DNA of 64,000 bases from an uncultured Candidatus Melainabacteria bacterium (GTDB taxonomy: Bacteria; Cyanobacteriota; Vampirovibrionia; Gastranaerophilales; Gastranaerophilaceae). Each line of letters starts with the position of its first letter. Position 1 is the stretch's first letter. The notes below the pieces were generated by a model. That model did not search any database, was not told the origin of the DNA, and saw only the letters and a program-made list of their open reading frames with translations. Where the stretch lies: the NCBI GenBank assembly GCA_947090755.1, contig CAMUPF010000008.1, forward strand, positions 3,901 to 67,900, read 5' to 3'. The translations under genes were made by a program, and so were the position numbers. Of this stretch, positions 9,429-18,695 are shown piece after piece.

Positions 9429-10503
9429 TAACATTTATGCCGGAAAACGTGTATTTTTAACCGGCCATACCGGATTTAAAGGAAGCTGGCTTGCACTCTG
9501 GCTTACAAAACTCGGCGCTGATGTTTGCGGATATTCACTTGCTCCAAACACCGAGCCTTCAATGTTTAAAGAATTGGGTATTGCGGATAAGATTTCTAAA
9601 TCCGTAATCGGAGATATACTTGATGATGCATCCATAGAAAAAGCGATGCAGGATTTTCAACCTGAAATCGTTTTCCACCTTGCTGCGCAGCCGCTCGTAA
9701 GACTTTCATACTCCGAACCTGTTTTGACTTATAAGACCAATGTTATAGGAACATTAAATGTCCTTGAAGCGGCCAGAAAATGTTCTTCTGTAAAAGCATT
9801 TGTAAATATTACGACCGATAAATGCTACGAAAACAAAGAAATTAACCGTGGTTATCGCGAAGATGAACCTATGGGAGGGCATGATATGTATTCATCATCA
9901 AAAGGATGTGTCGAAATTATGTCATCATCTTTCAGACGTTCATTCTTGCAAGAAGGTTATGCAATGGCAACTGCGCGTGCCGGGAATGTTATTGGCGGCG
10001 GAGACTGGGCTTTGGACAGATTAATTCCGGACTGTGTTAAATATATCAACGCAGGTCAAAAAATTGAAATCCGTAACCCTGTTGCCGTTCGTCCGTGGCA
10101 GCATGTTCTGGAACCGTTGTCAGGCTACTTGCTTTTAGGACAAAAACTTCTTGAACATGGTATTCATTTTGCGGATGGTTTCAATTTTGGCCCTAATGAA
10201 GACAGTGTTTTAAAAGTTGCAGAAGTTGCCCAAAAAGTTACTGAATTTTACGGCCGCGGAGAAGTCGTTGTGCATAAGCGCGATGATTTGCACGAAGCAA
10301 ATTTGTTAATGCTTAATATCGAAAAAGCAGAAAAAGTTCTTGGCTGGACGCCAACTTATACCGCTAATCAGGCTATAGAAAAAACTGTTGAATGGTACAG
10401 ACACTTCTATGCGCATGATACGGGTATGTATAACTTTACAATTAATCAAATCGAAAATTATGAGGAAAGCATAAAATGGAACAAGAATTACGCAACAAAG
10501 TAA
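9421..10503 (+). CDS. rfbG: CDP-glucose 4,6-dehydratase
   Basis: GHTGFKGSWLALWL Rossmann motif, YSSSK catalytic motif, 360 aa, overlaps rfbF. Confidence 0.9.
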   Translation: MFNNIYAGKRVFLTGHTGFKGSWLALWLTKLGADVCGYSLAPNTEPSMFKELGIADKISKSVIGDILDDASIEKAMQDFQPEIVFHLAAQPLVRLSYSEPVLTYKTNVIGTLNVLEAARKCSSVKAFVNITTDKCYENKEINRGYREDEPMGGHDMYSSSKGCVEIMSSSFRRSFLQEGYAMATARAGNVIGGGDWALDRLIPDCVKYINAGQKIEIRNPVAVRPWQHVLEPLSGYLLLGQKLLEHGIHFADGFNFGPNEDSVLKVAEVAQKVTEFYGRGEVVVHKRDDLHEANLLMLNIEKAEKVLGWTPTYTANQAIEKTVEWYRHFYAHDTGMYNFTINQIENYEESIKWNKNYATK

Positions 10504-11819
10504 AAGAGGCTGCAAAGGAATATTATTCGGCAGTTTATGGCAAAAAGAGAGAGTTTGACTACATCCCGCCAAGCGGTAAACTTTTAGGCGAAGAAGAGTT
10601 GATGAATATGATTGACGCTTCTTTGGATATGTGGCTTACGGCCGGAAGATTCAATAAAGAGTTTGAAACAAAGTTTGCGAAATATCTTGGTGTAAAATTT
10701 GCGCTTTCAACAAACTCCGGTTCAAGTGCGAATCTTCTTGCTTTTTCCGCACTTACTTCTCACAAACTCGGCGAACGTGCATTGAAGAAAGGCGACGAAG
10801 TTATCTCTGTTGCTGCAGGGTTCCCGACTACAATAAACCCGATTCTTCAACACGGCATGGTTCCGGTTTTCGTTGACTGTGAAGTCGGAACTTACAATAT
10901 CGACGCAGATAAAATTGAAGAGGCTATAACGCCGAAAACAAAAGCGATTTTCCTCGCTCATACGCTTGGAAACAGCTATGATTTAGACAAAATCATGGCG
11001 CTGGCAGAAAAATATAATTTATGGGTTATTGAAGACAGCTGTGACGCTCTGGGCGGTGAATACAAAGGCCGTAAAATCGGTACCATCGGACATATCGGAA
11101 CATTTAGTTTCTATCCTGCACACCACCTGACAATGGGTGAAGGCGGGGCGGTTATTACAAATGACCCTCAATTATACAAAATTATAATGTCATTCCGTGA
11201 TTGGGGCCGTGATTGCTGCTGTCCTCCGGGCCGTGACGGTGTTTGCGGAAAACGTTTCTCACAACAGTTGGGTAACCTTCCTTACGGTTATGACCACAAA
11301 TACACTTATTCTCACATTGGTTTTAACCTTAAAATTACGGATTGGCAAGCGGCTCTTGGCTGTTCACAAATTGATAAACTCGACAGTTTCTTAGAAATTC
11401 GTCGTCGTAACGCAGCACTTTTGACAGAAAAACTGGCGGATTTAAAAGATTACCTGATTCTGCCTGAGGTTAGAGAAGGTGTAAAACCATCTTGGTTCGG
11501 CTATTTGATTTCTGTTAAAGAAAACGCTCCGTTCACAAAACAAGAAATGGTTGAATACATTGAAAAGAAAGGTATCGGAACGCGTCAATTATTTGCGGGC
11601 AATATCCTCAGACAGCCGATGATTGTAGATAATGATGTTAATTTCAGAATTGGAAATTCCGGTTTGATAAATTCAAAAGATTTGACCGAAGAACATTATA
11701 AATTATTACCGAAAACAGATTTTATAATGAATAATACGTTCTGGGTGGGAACATTCCCTGCGCTTGGAGAAGACGAAATTTCAAGAATCTCAGACGCAAT
11801 TCATGCGTGTGTAAAATAA
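10476..11819 (+). CDS. rfbH: CDP-6-deoxy-D-xylo-4-hexulose 3-dehydrase (E1), DegT/RfbH family
   Basis: 447 aa. FRDWGRDCCCPPGRDGVCGKRF..YGYDHKYTYSHIGFNLKITD matches the RfbH-type cysteine-rich region. Sits after rfbF-rfbG. Confidence 0.8.
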   Translation: MEQELRNKVKEAAKEYYSAVYGKKREFDYIPPSGKLLGEEELMNMIDASLDMWLTAGRFNKEFETKFAKYLGVKFALSTNSGSSANLLAFSALTSHKLGERALKKGDEVISVAAGFPTTINPILQHGMVPVFVDCEVGTYNIDADKIEEAITPKTKAIFLAHTLGNSYDLDKIMALAEKYNLWVIEDSCDALGGEYKGRKIGTIGHIGTFSFYPAHHLTMGEGGAVITNDPQLYKIIMSFRDWGRDCCCPPGRDGVCGKRFSQQLGNLPYGYDHKYTYSHIGFNLKITDWQAALGCSQIDKLDSFLEIRRRNAALLTEKLADLKDYLILPEVREGVKPSWFGYLISVKENAPFTKQEMVEYIEKKGIGTRQLFAGNILRQPMIVDNDVNFRIGNSGLINSKDLTEEHYKLLPKTDFIMNNTFWVGTFPALGEDEISRISDAIHACVK

Positions 11820-11839
11820 AAGGCAGGAGCTATAGCCTG

Positions 11840-12979
11840 ATGAGCGTTGCAAAAGGTCAAAATTGCAGTATTAATTTTTTGAGATTTCTTTTTACATTCG
11901 GGATTTGCTTTATGCATCTTGTTTGTCAGGTGATTTCTCCCTATATTGCATATCCGTTGAACTATGGTAATTTTGCGGCACCTTCTTATGCTGTTGAATT
12001 ATTCTTCATAATGGCCGGTTTTTTCTTGTTTTTCAATAAAAAGCCGCTGGAGGAATACATTTCAAACCGTATAATAAGATTGTGGCCGTTGCTGGTGTTT
12101 TCAACTATTATTGCAGGGATTTTGAGAGCTTTGCATATATCAGGTATGTCATTGAAGTTTGATGATATTCTTAACTGCCTGTTTTTACAGGGAACAGGTC
12201 TGATGCAAGGCGGGGCGACTAATGGACCGGCGTGGTTCGTGGGTGTTTTGTTCTGGGTTTCTGTAATATATTATTATTGCAAAAGAGTACTTGGCAAGAA
12301 ATCATTTATTGCATTAATGATTGTTATGGCGGGTATTGGTTTGATAGTATTCGGAACCACAGGCAAGGCAAATCCGTTTGAAGGAGTCAGAGGATTCATT
12401 CTTCCCGCATGGGGGGGGGGGGGGATCTCTATGATGATGTTACGCGGTTTTACGGCTATAGGCATCGGATGTATTCTGGGAAAATTTCAGGAAATTTTTG
12501 CCGGAAGTCATGCTGCGCAGACCCTGCAAAGTGTTTCGGGCTCAAAGAAGCTTTTCACGGCTTTAGAAGTGATATTTTTCGTCGGACTGTGCGCAGTCTT
12601 ACTGGGAGGCAGCCTGATGAATATATATAGTTCTTATTTATTGGCTATGGGCTTATTTTTAATCGTGTTTTTCTTGTTTTTTAATAATTTAGGATATTTT
12701 TCCTCAAAAGTTCTAAACAGAAAAGTGTTTAATCTTCTCGGAGCTTATTCATACGCCATTTATATAATGCAGAATGTAGTATTTTATATTGTAGATTATT
12801 GTTTGAAAACTTACGAAAATCTAATTCCACATACAAATCTGGTTATAACAATTTCGATGATTTTATTTATTGTAATAGGAATTATTTCTTATTATCTGGT
12901 AAATTTCATCGTAGAAAAAACGGTACAGTTATACAATTTTATTCAAAGAGATAATATTTTAAAGGAGACAACTTTATGA
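11840..12979 (+). CDS. membrane acyltransferase family 3 (putative O-acetyltransferase), contains in-frame G14 tract
   Basis: Multi-TM ORF. The N-terminal FLRFLFTFGICFMH motif is typical of acyltransferase_3. ORF open from 11807, ATG 11840 follows AGGAG. The tract encodes WGGGG. Confidence 0.7.
   Translation: MSVAKGQNCSINFLRFLFTFGICFMHLVCQVISPYIAYPLNYGNFAAPSYAVELFFIMAGFFLFFNKKPLEEYISNRIIRLWPLLVFSTIIAGILRALHISGMSLKFDDILNCLFLQGTGLMQGGATNGPAWFVGVLFWVSVIYYYCKRVLGKKSFIALMIVMAGIGLIVFGTTGKANPFEGVRGFILPAWGGGGISMMMLRGFTAIGIGCILGKFQEIFAGSHAAQTLQSVSGSKKLFTALEVIFFVGLCAVLLGGSLMNIYSSYLLAMGLFLIVFFLFFNNLGYFSSKVLNRKVFNLLGAYSYAIYIMQNVVFYIVDYCLKTYENLIPHTNLVITISMILFIVIGIISYYLVNFIVEKTVQLYNFIQRDNILKETTL
12411..12424 (+). 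repeat. homopolymeric G14 tract (in frame, ON)
   Basis: Counted directly: 12411-12420 plus 12421-12424. Confidence 0.95.
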
Positions 12980-13794
12980 ATTCATTAGAAAAGAAAATGG
13001 TAGACACTCTCGTAGATTTGAAAGAAAATCATCACGTAGTCGGCATCAAAGCAGAATTTGAGGCTGAAGGTACAAGACTTGAAGAAGCTTTGAGATTAAA
13101 AGAAGTTGTAACAAAAGCCGGTCTTGAATTAACTATTAAAATCGGCGGATGTGAAGCTATTAAAGATATGTATGATGCAAGAACAATCGGCGTAAGCACA
13201 ATCGTTGCACCTATGATTGAAACACCTTACGCAATGAAAAAATATGTTCAGGCTACAAAATTTGTATTCCCTGAAGAAGAAAGAAAAGATGTTAAATTTT
13301 TAATTAATATCGAAACAATCACAGGTTATGCAAACCTTAAAGAAATGATTGCGTCCCCATATTTTGCTGAAATTGGCGGTATCGTTCTCGGCCGTGTTGA
13401 CATGACAGGTTCAATGGGCTTGACAAGAGAGGATATTAACTCTAAACAAATTTTTGATATTGCAAATACACTTTCTCAAGAAATGTTAAAAGTCAATAAA
13501 GATATGGTAATCGGCGGTGGTGTTTCTGCACAATCACTTCCGTTCTTTAAAGATTTGCCTGCTAACGCTTTATCAAGATTTGAAACAAGAAAAATCATCT
13601 TCGATGCGCAAAAAGCATTAAAAGACCCTAATGCTGACAAAGGTATTTTGAAAGCTGTTGGCTTTGAATTGATGTGGTTGAAAAACAAACGTGAATTCTA
13701 CGGAATGATATTCCAAGAAGACGCCGCACGTTTGACAATGCTTGAAGCAAGATACAAAAAGTTAATCGAAGAAGCAGGTGGCGTGTATGCGTAA
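12976..13794 (+). CDS. HpcH/HpaI aldolase / citrate-lyase-beta-like TIM-barrel protein
   Basis: IVAPMIETPYAMKKYV, FLINIETITGYANL and IVLGRVDMTGSMG resemble the three conserved strands of HpaI-type pyruvate aldolases. Assignment by motif resemblance only. Confidence 0.5.
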   Translation: MNSLEKKMVDTLVDLKENHHVVGIKAEFEAEGTRLEEALRLKEVVTKAGLELTIKIGGCEAIKDMYDARTIGVSTIVAPMIETPYAMKKYVQATKFVFPEEERKDVKFLINIETITGYANLKEMIASPYFAEIGGIVLGRVDMTGSMGLTREDINSKQIFDIANTLSQEMLKVNKDMVIGGGVSAQSLPFFKDLPANALSRFETRKIIFDAQKALKDPNADKGILKAVGFELMWLKNKREFYGMIFQEDAARLTMLEARYKKLIEEAGGVYA

Positions 13795-14446
13795 GGCTTT
13801 AGTGACAGGTGCCTCCCGCGGTATCGGAAAAGCCATAAAGAATTTATTTGAGGAAAGGGGCATAGTGGTTTATGCCCCTGCCCGCTCTGAAATGAATCTT
13901 TCTTCTAACGAAAGTATCAAGGCGTATGTTGAAAAGATTCCTGATGTGGATATTCTGGTTAATTGTGCAGGTATAAATGATTTAGGCTCTATTGAAGAAA
14001 TGACCGAAGAAAAGTTGCAGGAAATGATTCAGGTGAATCTTATTTCACAAACTATGCTTATCAAATATGTTTCTGAAAAGATGAAGGCTAATCGTTACGG
14101 AAGAATCGTTAATTTTGCGTCTATCTGGTGTGATTTTTCAAAAGAGCGCAGAATTATGTATTCAATAGCAAAAGCAGGAGTAAAAGGTCTGACAACAGCG
14201 GCGGCTGTTGAGCTTTCAAAATACAATGTCCTTGTTAACGCAGTAGCTCCGGGGTTTGTAAATACTGAAATGACTTCGCAAAATAACACCCCTGAACAAA
14301 TTGAGGCGCTTGCGCAGGCACTCCCTATTAAACGTATGGCAGAACCTGTCGAAATCGCTGAATTCGTTTATTTCCTTTCAAGTGAACAAAATTCTTTTAT
14401 TACCGGTCAAACAATTTTTGCAGACGGAGGTTTTTCATGTGTTTAG
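13787..14446 (+). CDS. short-chain dehydrogenase/reductase (FabG-like)
   Basis: TGASRGIGKAI cofactor motif, YSIAK catalytic motif. ATG overlaps the upstream stop (ATGCGTAA). Confidence 0.8.
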   Translation: MRKALVTGASRGIGKAIKNLFEERGIVVYAPARSEMNLSSNESIKAYVEKIPDVDILVNCAGINDLGSIEEMTEEKLQEMIQVNLISQTMLIKYVSEKMKANRYGRIVNFASIWCDFSKERRIMYSIAKAGVKGLTTAAAVELSKYNVLVNAVAPGFVNTEMTSQNNTPEQIEALAQALPIKRMAEPVEIAEFVYFLSSEQNSFITGQTIFADGGFSCV

Positions 14447-15516
14447 ATAAATTGACGGTTAAGTCTAATATAAAAAATTACGATGTGTTTTTTGAAAATG
14501 ACGCATCATTTCTGAAATCACTTTCTGAAAAAGAAAATAGCGTTTATGTCGTTGATGAAAATGTGTACGAAGCGCATAAAACAGGTTGTCTTTCAACTTT
14601 ACCGCAGGAAAGATTAATAATCCTTCCAATCGGCGAAGAAATGAAAAATATTGATTCTGTTTGCAGTTTGTATGAAAAAATCATGCGATTTGCACCTCGT
14701 AAAAACCTGAATCTAATTTCCATTGGGGGCGGTATTACTCAGGATGTAACGGGTTTTGTTGCATCGTCTTTGTATCGCGGTGTAAACTGGATTTTTGTTC
14801 CGACGACTTTACTTGCGCAGGTTGACAGTTGTATCGGCGCTAAGACTTCATTAAATTTCAACCATTACAAGAATCTAATAGGAACGTTTTATCCGCCATC
14901 AGAAATCCATATTTATCCTGAATTTTTGAAAACTTTAACAAAAGCGGATTTTTATTCAGGTGTTGGCGAAATGGCTAAATTACATTTGATGAACGGTGAA
15001 TCTGATACAAAAGTTTTTGTGGATTCTCTGGAAGCTATAGATAGACTTGAGCCGCAAACTTTATTGGAACGCACGCAAAACTGTCTTAAAATCAAAAAAT
15101 CATACATTGAGGATGATGAATTTGATACAGGCAAAAGAAATATGTTGAATTACGGTCATTGTTTTGGTCATGCGATTGAAAGTTCAACAGACTTTGCGAT
15201 TTCTCATGGTCAGGCGGTTGTTGTCGGTATGATTCTGGCAAACAAAGAGGCCTTAAGACGTGGAATTTTAAGCGCGGAAAACGAAAAGTATATCCGTGAA
15301 AATGTTTTAGAACCTGTATTAAAGGTGCAAGTTCCGGATGTAGATGCAGCAAAAACCGTTGCCGCAATGGGACAGGATAAGAAAAATCTTGGTAAAGGTT
15401 TAGCCCTTGTCATGATTCAAGATGGCTATGAAATGGTGAAAATCACTGATATGACTACACAAGAAGCTGGAGAAATATTGAAAGAATGTCAAAAATTAAA
15501 TTATCAGACTATATAG
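14437..15516 (+). CDS. 3-dehydroquinate synthase-like sugar-phosphate cyclase superfamily protein
   Basis: GGGITQDVTGFVASSLYRGVNWIFVPTTLLAQVDSCIGAKTSLNF parallels the AroB core, with HCFGHAIE metal-site histidines. Confidence 0.7.
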   Translation: MCLDKLTVKSNIKNYDVFFENDASFLKSLSEKENSVYVVDENVYEAHKTGCLSTLPQERLIILPIGEEMKNIDSVCSLYEKIMRFAPRKNLNLISIGGGITQDVTGFVASSLYRGVNWIFVPTTLLAQVDSCIGAKTSLNFNHYKNLIGTFYPPSEIHIYPEFLKTLTKADFYSGVGEMAKLHLMNGESDTKVFVDSLEAIDRLEPQTLLERTQNCLKIKKSYIEDDEFDTGKRNMLNYGHCFGHAIESSTDFAISHGQAVVVGMILANKEALRRGILSAENEKYIRENVLEPVLKVQVPDVDAAKTVAAMGQDKKNLGKGLALVMIQDGYEMVKITDMTTQEAGEILKECQKLNYQTI

Positions 15517-17261
15517 CAAAAAGATTGAAAGAATGTTATAATGTAGAACACTTTTTTATGGTTTCCGGAGGCGGTGCAATGCACTTAAACGACAGCCTTG
15601 GAAAATACATCCCCTATACCGCAAACCATCACGAACAGGCTTGCGCTATTGCGGCGGAGGGTTATGCAAGGGTTAATCAGAAACTCGGCGTTGTAAATGT
15701 TACAACCGGCCCCGGAGGTTTGAACTGTCTAAACGGTGTTTTTGGCCAGTGGACAGATAGTGTACCTGTTTTGTATATTTCCGGTCAGGTAAAATTTACC
15801 ACAACAATGGCCTCTTGTCCGGAAGTTCCTCTGCGTCAGCTTGGTGATCAGGAGGTTGATATTATTTCCTGCGTCAAACCGCTTGTGAAGTATGCTAAAA
15901 TGGTAACTGAACCTAATGAAATAAAATACCACCTTGACAGAGCGATTTATGAAGCTACAACCGGTCGTATGGGACCTGTTTGGCTGGATATTCCGATGAA
16001 TGTTCAAGGCGCAATGATAGATGAAGATGAATTAAAAGGATTTACTCCGCCATCTGCTAAAGTGTATGATTTGAAAATTGCGCAGGTCGTTGAAAAATTA
16101 AAATCCGCAAAACGTCCGTTAATCGTTGCGGGTTACGGTTTAAGACTGGCTAAACAGGAAGAAAATTTCTTAAAACTTCTTGAAAACACTGATATTCCTG
16201 TGGTTACAACGTTTAACGGAATGGATTTACTCTCGTCAGACCATAAAAACTTCTGCGGTCGAATCGGTACAGTCGGTCAACGTGCGGGTAACTTTACGCT
16301 TCAAAACGCGGACGTGATTTTGTCCCTCGGAACCCGTAACAATATTCGTCAGGCTAGTTACAACTGGGAAAATTTTGCTAAAAATGCTTATAAAATGGTT
16401 GTCGATATTGACAGCGCTGAACTTGATAAACCGACAGTGGTTCCGGACTTGAAAGTTAACGCGGATTTGAAAGAATTTTTGCCTGCTCTTATAAAAGAAT
16501 TCCCGACGCTTGATGTTAAAGAATGGGCAAGTTTTTCTAAAAATTTACAGGCAAAATATACTTTTGAAAAAACAGAGCAATATCAGTCTAAAGACGGTGT
16601 TATCAATGTCTATGATTTTGTTCATACATTGAGTGAAGTTATGAGTGAAGGTGACATTGTTGTTGCCGGAAACGGCTCTGCCTGTGTTTGTACACATCAG
16701 GCGGCACATGTTAAGCCTGAACAGCGAATTTTCTGGAATTCAGGTGATGCATCAATGGGTTATGACCTGCCTGCGGCGCTTGGGGCCTGTTATGAAGCAA
16801 ATGGCAGAAATGTAATCTGTTTGACCGGCGACGGCTCAATAATGATGAATATTCAGGAACTTCAAACCGTTGCGTTTAATAAGTTACCGCTGAAAATTTT
16901 TGTTATTAATAATGCCGGTTATTCCTCAATAAGACAAACTCAAAGGAATTTCTTCAGCGGTCGTATGACGGGTTCAGGCGATGACAGCGGTGTGAGCGTT
17001 CCGGATTTTTGCAAACTCGCAGAAGGCTTTGGTCTTAATTCGGTAAGAGTTTCTAATCCTGTGACAATGAAAGAGGATTTGGCTGCGGTATTGAAAATGG
17101 ACGGCCCTGTGGTTTGTGAAGTAATGGTAGAAAAAGAATATGCGTTCTCTCCTAAATTATCTGCACGAAAACTGGACGACGGAACAATGGTTTCTCCTAG
17201 TTTGGAAGATATGTTCCCGTTCCTTGACAGGGAGGAATATGAAAGGAATTTGTTAAAATGA
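15486..17261 (+). CDS. thiamine-diphosphate-dependent enzyme, acetolactate-synthase-like (YerE-like candidate)
   Basis: 591 aa. The TPP-binding motif GDGSIMMNIQELQT..NN and the N-terminal HEQACAIAAEGYAR are typical of the ALS/YerE family. Confidence 0.8.
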   Translation: MSKIKLSDYIAKRLKECYNVEHFFMVSGGGAMHLNDSLGKYIPYTANHHEQACAIAAEGYARVNQKLGVVNVTTGPGGLNCLNGVFGQWTDSVPVLYISGQVKFTTTMASCPEVPLRQLGDQEVDIISCVKPLVKYAKMVTEPNEIKYHLDRAIYEATTGRMGPVWLDIPMNVQGAMIDEDELKGFTPPSAKVYDLKIAQVVEKLKSAKRPLIVAGYGLRLAKQEENFLKLLENTDIPVVTTFNGMDLLSSDHKNFCGRIGTVGQRAGNFTLQNADVILSLGTRNNIRQASYNWENFAKNAYKMVVDIDSAELDKPTVVPDLKVNADLKEFLPALIKEFPTLDVKEWASFSKNLQAKYTFEKTEQYQSKDGVINVYDFVHTLSEVMSEGDIVVAGNGSACVCTHQAAHVKPEQRIFWNSGDASMGYDLPAALGACYEANGRNVICLTGDGSIMMNIQELQTVAFNKLPLKIFVINNAGYSSIRQTQRNFFSGRMTGSGDDSGVSVPDFCKLAEGFGLNSVRVSNPVTMKEDLAAVLKMDGPVVCEVMVEKEYAFSPKLSARKLDDGTMVSPSLEDMFPFLDREEYERNLLK

Positions 17262-17971
17262 AAAGCATAATTTATGCAATGGTTCCTGCAAGAGTCGGAA
17301 GCACACGTTTAAAATTAAAGAATATTCGTTTGCTTCACGAGAAACCGTTAATCTGGTATGGGGTAAACGCCGCGCAAACCGCCGGATTTTTCGATAAAGT
17401 TTTTATAAATTCCGATGAAGGTCTGTGGGGTAAACTCGCGCAGGACTACGGGTGTGAATTTTATCATCGTAATAGCGAATTCGCTACCTCTATTTCTACT
17501 GCTGATGATGTTATATATGACTTTTTTAAGAATAATCCCGAATGTGATTTCCTTTTCTGGATAAATACAACAAATCCTTTCCAGCCGTATGAGGATTATG
17601 CAAAAGCATTTGAGTACTTTATTGATAATAATTTAGACGGGTTGATTACGACAACAAAGGATAAAATTCATACAAGGTTTATGGGTAAGCCTCTTAACTA
17701 TAATGCAAATGATAAATTACCTAAAACTCAGGATATTGAACCGGTAGAAGTTTTTGCTTTTCCGTTTAGTATCTGGAGAAGAGAAAGTTTTATAAGAAAT
17801 TATGAAAATCACGGTTATGCTTATCTTTGCGGTAATATAGGCTACTGGGAAGTCAATAAACTTGCAGCAGTTGAAATCGATGATGAGGAAGATTTTCTTT
17901 TCGCTAATGCAATTCTTTATGGACGTGATAATCCTTTGTGTTACAAAAAAGAATATGCAAAATTGGATTAA
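17258..17971 (+). CDS. acylneuraminate/ulosonate cytidylyltransferase family protein (CTP_transf_3)
   Basis: AMVPARVGSTRLKLKNIRLLHEKPLIWY matches the NeuA/KdsB-type N-terminal motif. Confidence 0.75.
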   Translation: MKSIIYAMVPARVGSTRLKLKNIRLLHEKPLIWYGVNAAQTAGFFDKVFINSDEGLWGKLAQDYGCEFYHRNSEFATSISTADDVIYDFFKNNPECDFLFWINTTNPFQPYEDYAKAFEYFIDNNLDGLITTTKDKIHTRFMGKPLNYNANDKLPKTQDIEPVEVFAFPFSIWRRESFIRNYENHGYAYLCGNIGYWEVNKLAAVEIDDEEDFLFANAILYGRDNPLCYKKEYAKLD

Positions 17972-17973
17972 TA

Positions 17974-18695
17974 ATGAAAAGATTTCTAAGAAAAATTTTG
18001 GGTAAAAATAAAACGCAATATTATGACATTTGCGGGGATAATAATAAATTAATTATTATTGAAAATGGTGTTGAGCGTCTGGCGAACAAGGAAACTATTC
18101 TCGGTTTGTGGGTTTCGATACACGGAAATAACAATACCGTAAAGTTAGAACTTCCGATTCATTTTGAAAATTCATCTATTATAATTTCGGATTCTGATGA
18201 GGCTGACATTTTTATCCGCAAGACTCAGCATCACGTTAAAAATTTTTCGGTAAATTCACGCCTGCATAGCGGCCATAAACTATTTATTGATGAAGATTTT
18301 TATTGCAACGGGGCAACAATTTTGCTAAGAGAAGAAAACGCGTCGGTAAAAATAGGTAAAGATTGTATGTTTTCGTGGGGAATAACTATATGGACTTCTG
18401 ACGGACATTGTATTTTTGATAATACAACCGGCGAACTGTTAAATGACCCATCCGGGGGGGGGGGGGCCTCATCGGTAATCATGTATGGGTAGGCTGCAAC
18501 GTTAATTTATTGAAAAATTCGAAAATCCCTGACAATTCGGTCGTTGCGTTAGGGGCAATTATTTCTAAAAGATTTGATGAGGAAAATATTTTGCTCGTTG
18601 GCACAAATGAAGTTAAGAAAAGAAATATTCGATGGACAAGAGATTTTATAACTGATTATAAAAGGAGTAAATGTGAAAGTATTAATAGATTCTGA
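17974..18695 (+). CDS. left-handed beta-helix (hexapeptide) acetyltransferase, split by G13 tract (OFF frame)
   Basis: The upstream ORF ends 26 nt after the tract. The other frame reads LIGNHVWVGCNVNLLKNSKIPDNSVVALGAIISK, a classic hexapeptide transferase C-terminus. 14 or 11 G would fuse the two parts. Confidence 0.75.
18454..18466 (+). repeat. homopolymeric G13 tract
   Basis: Counted directly: 18454-18460 plus 18461-18466. Confidence 0.95.
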
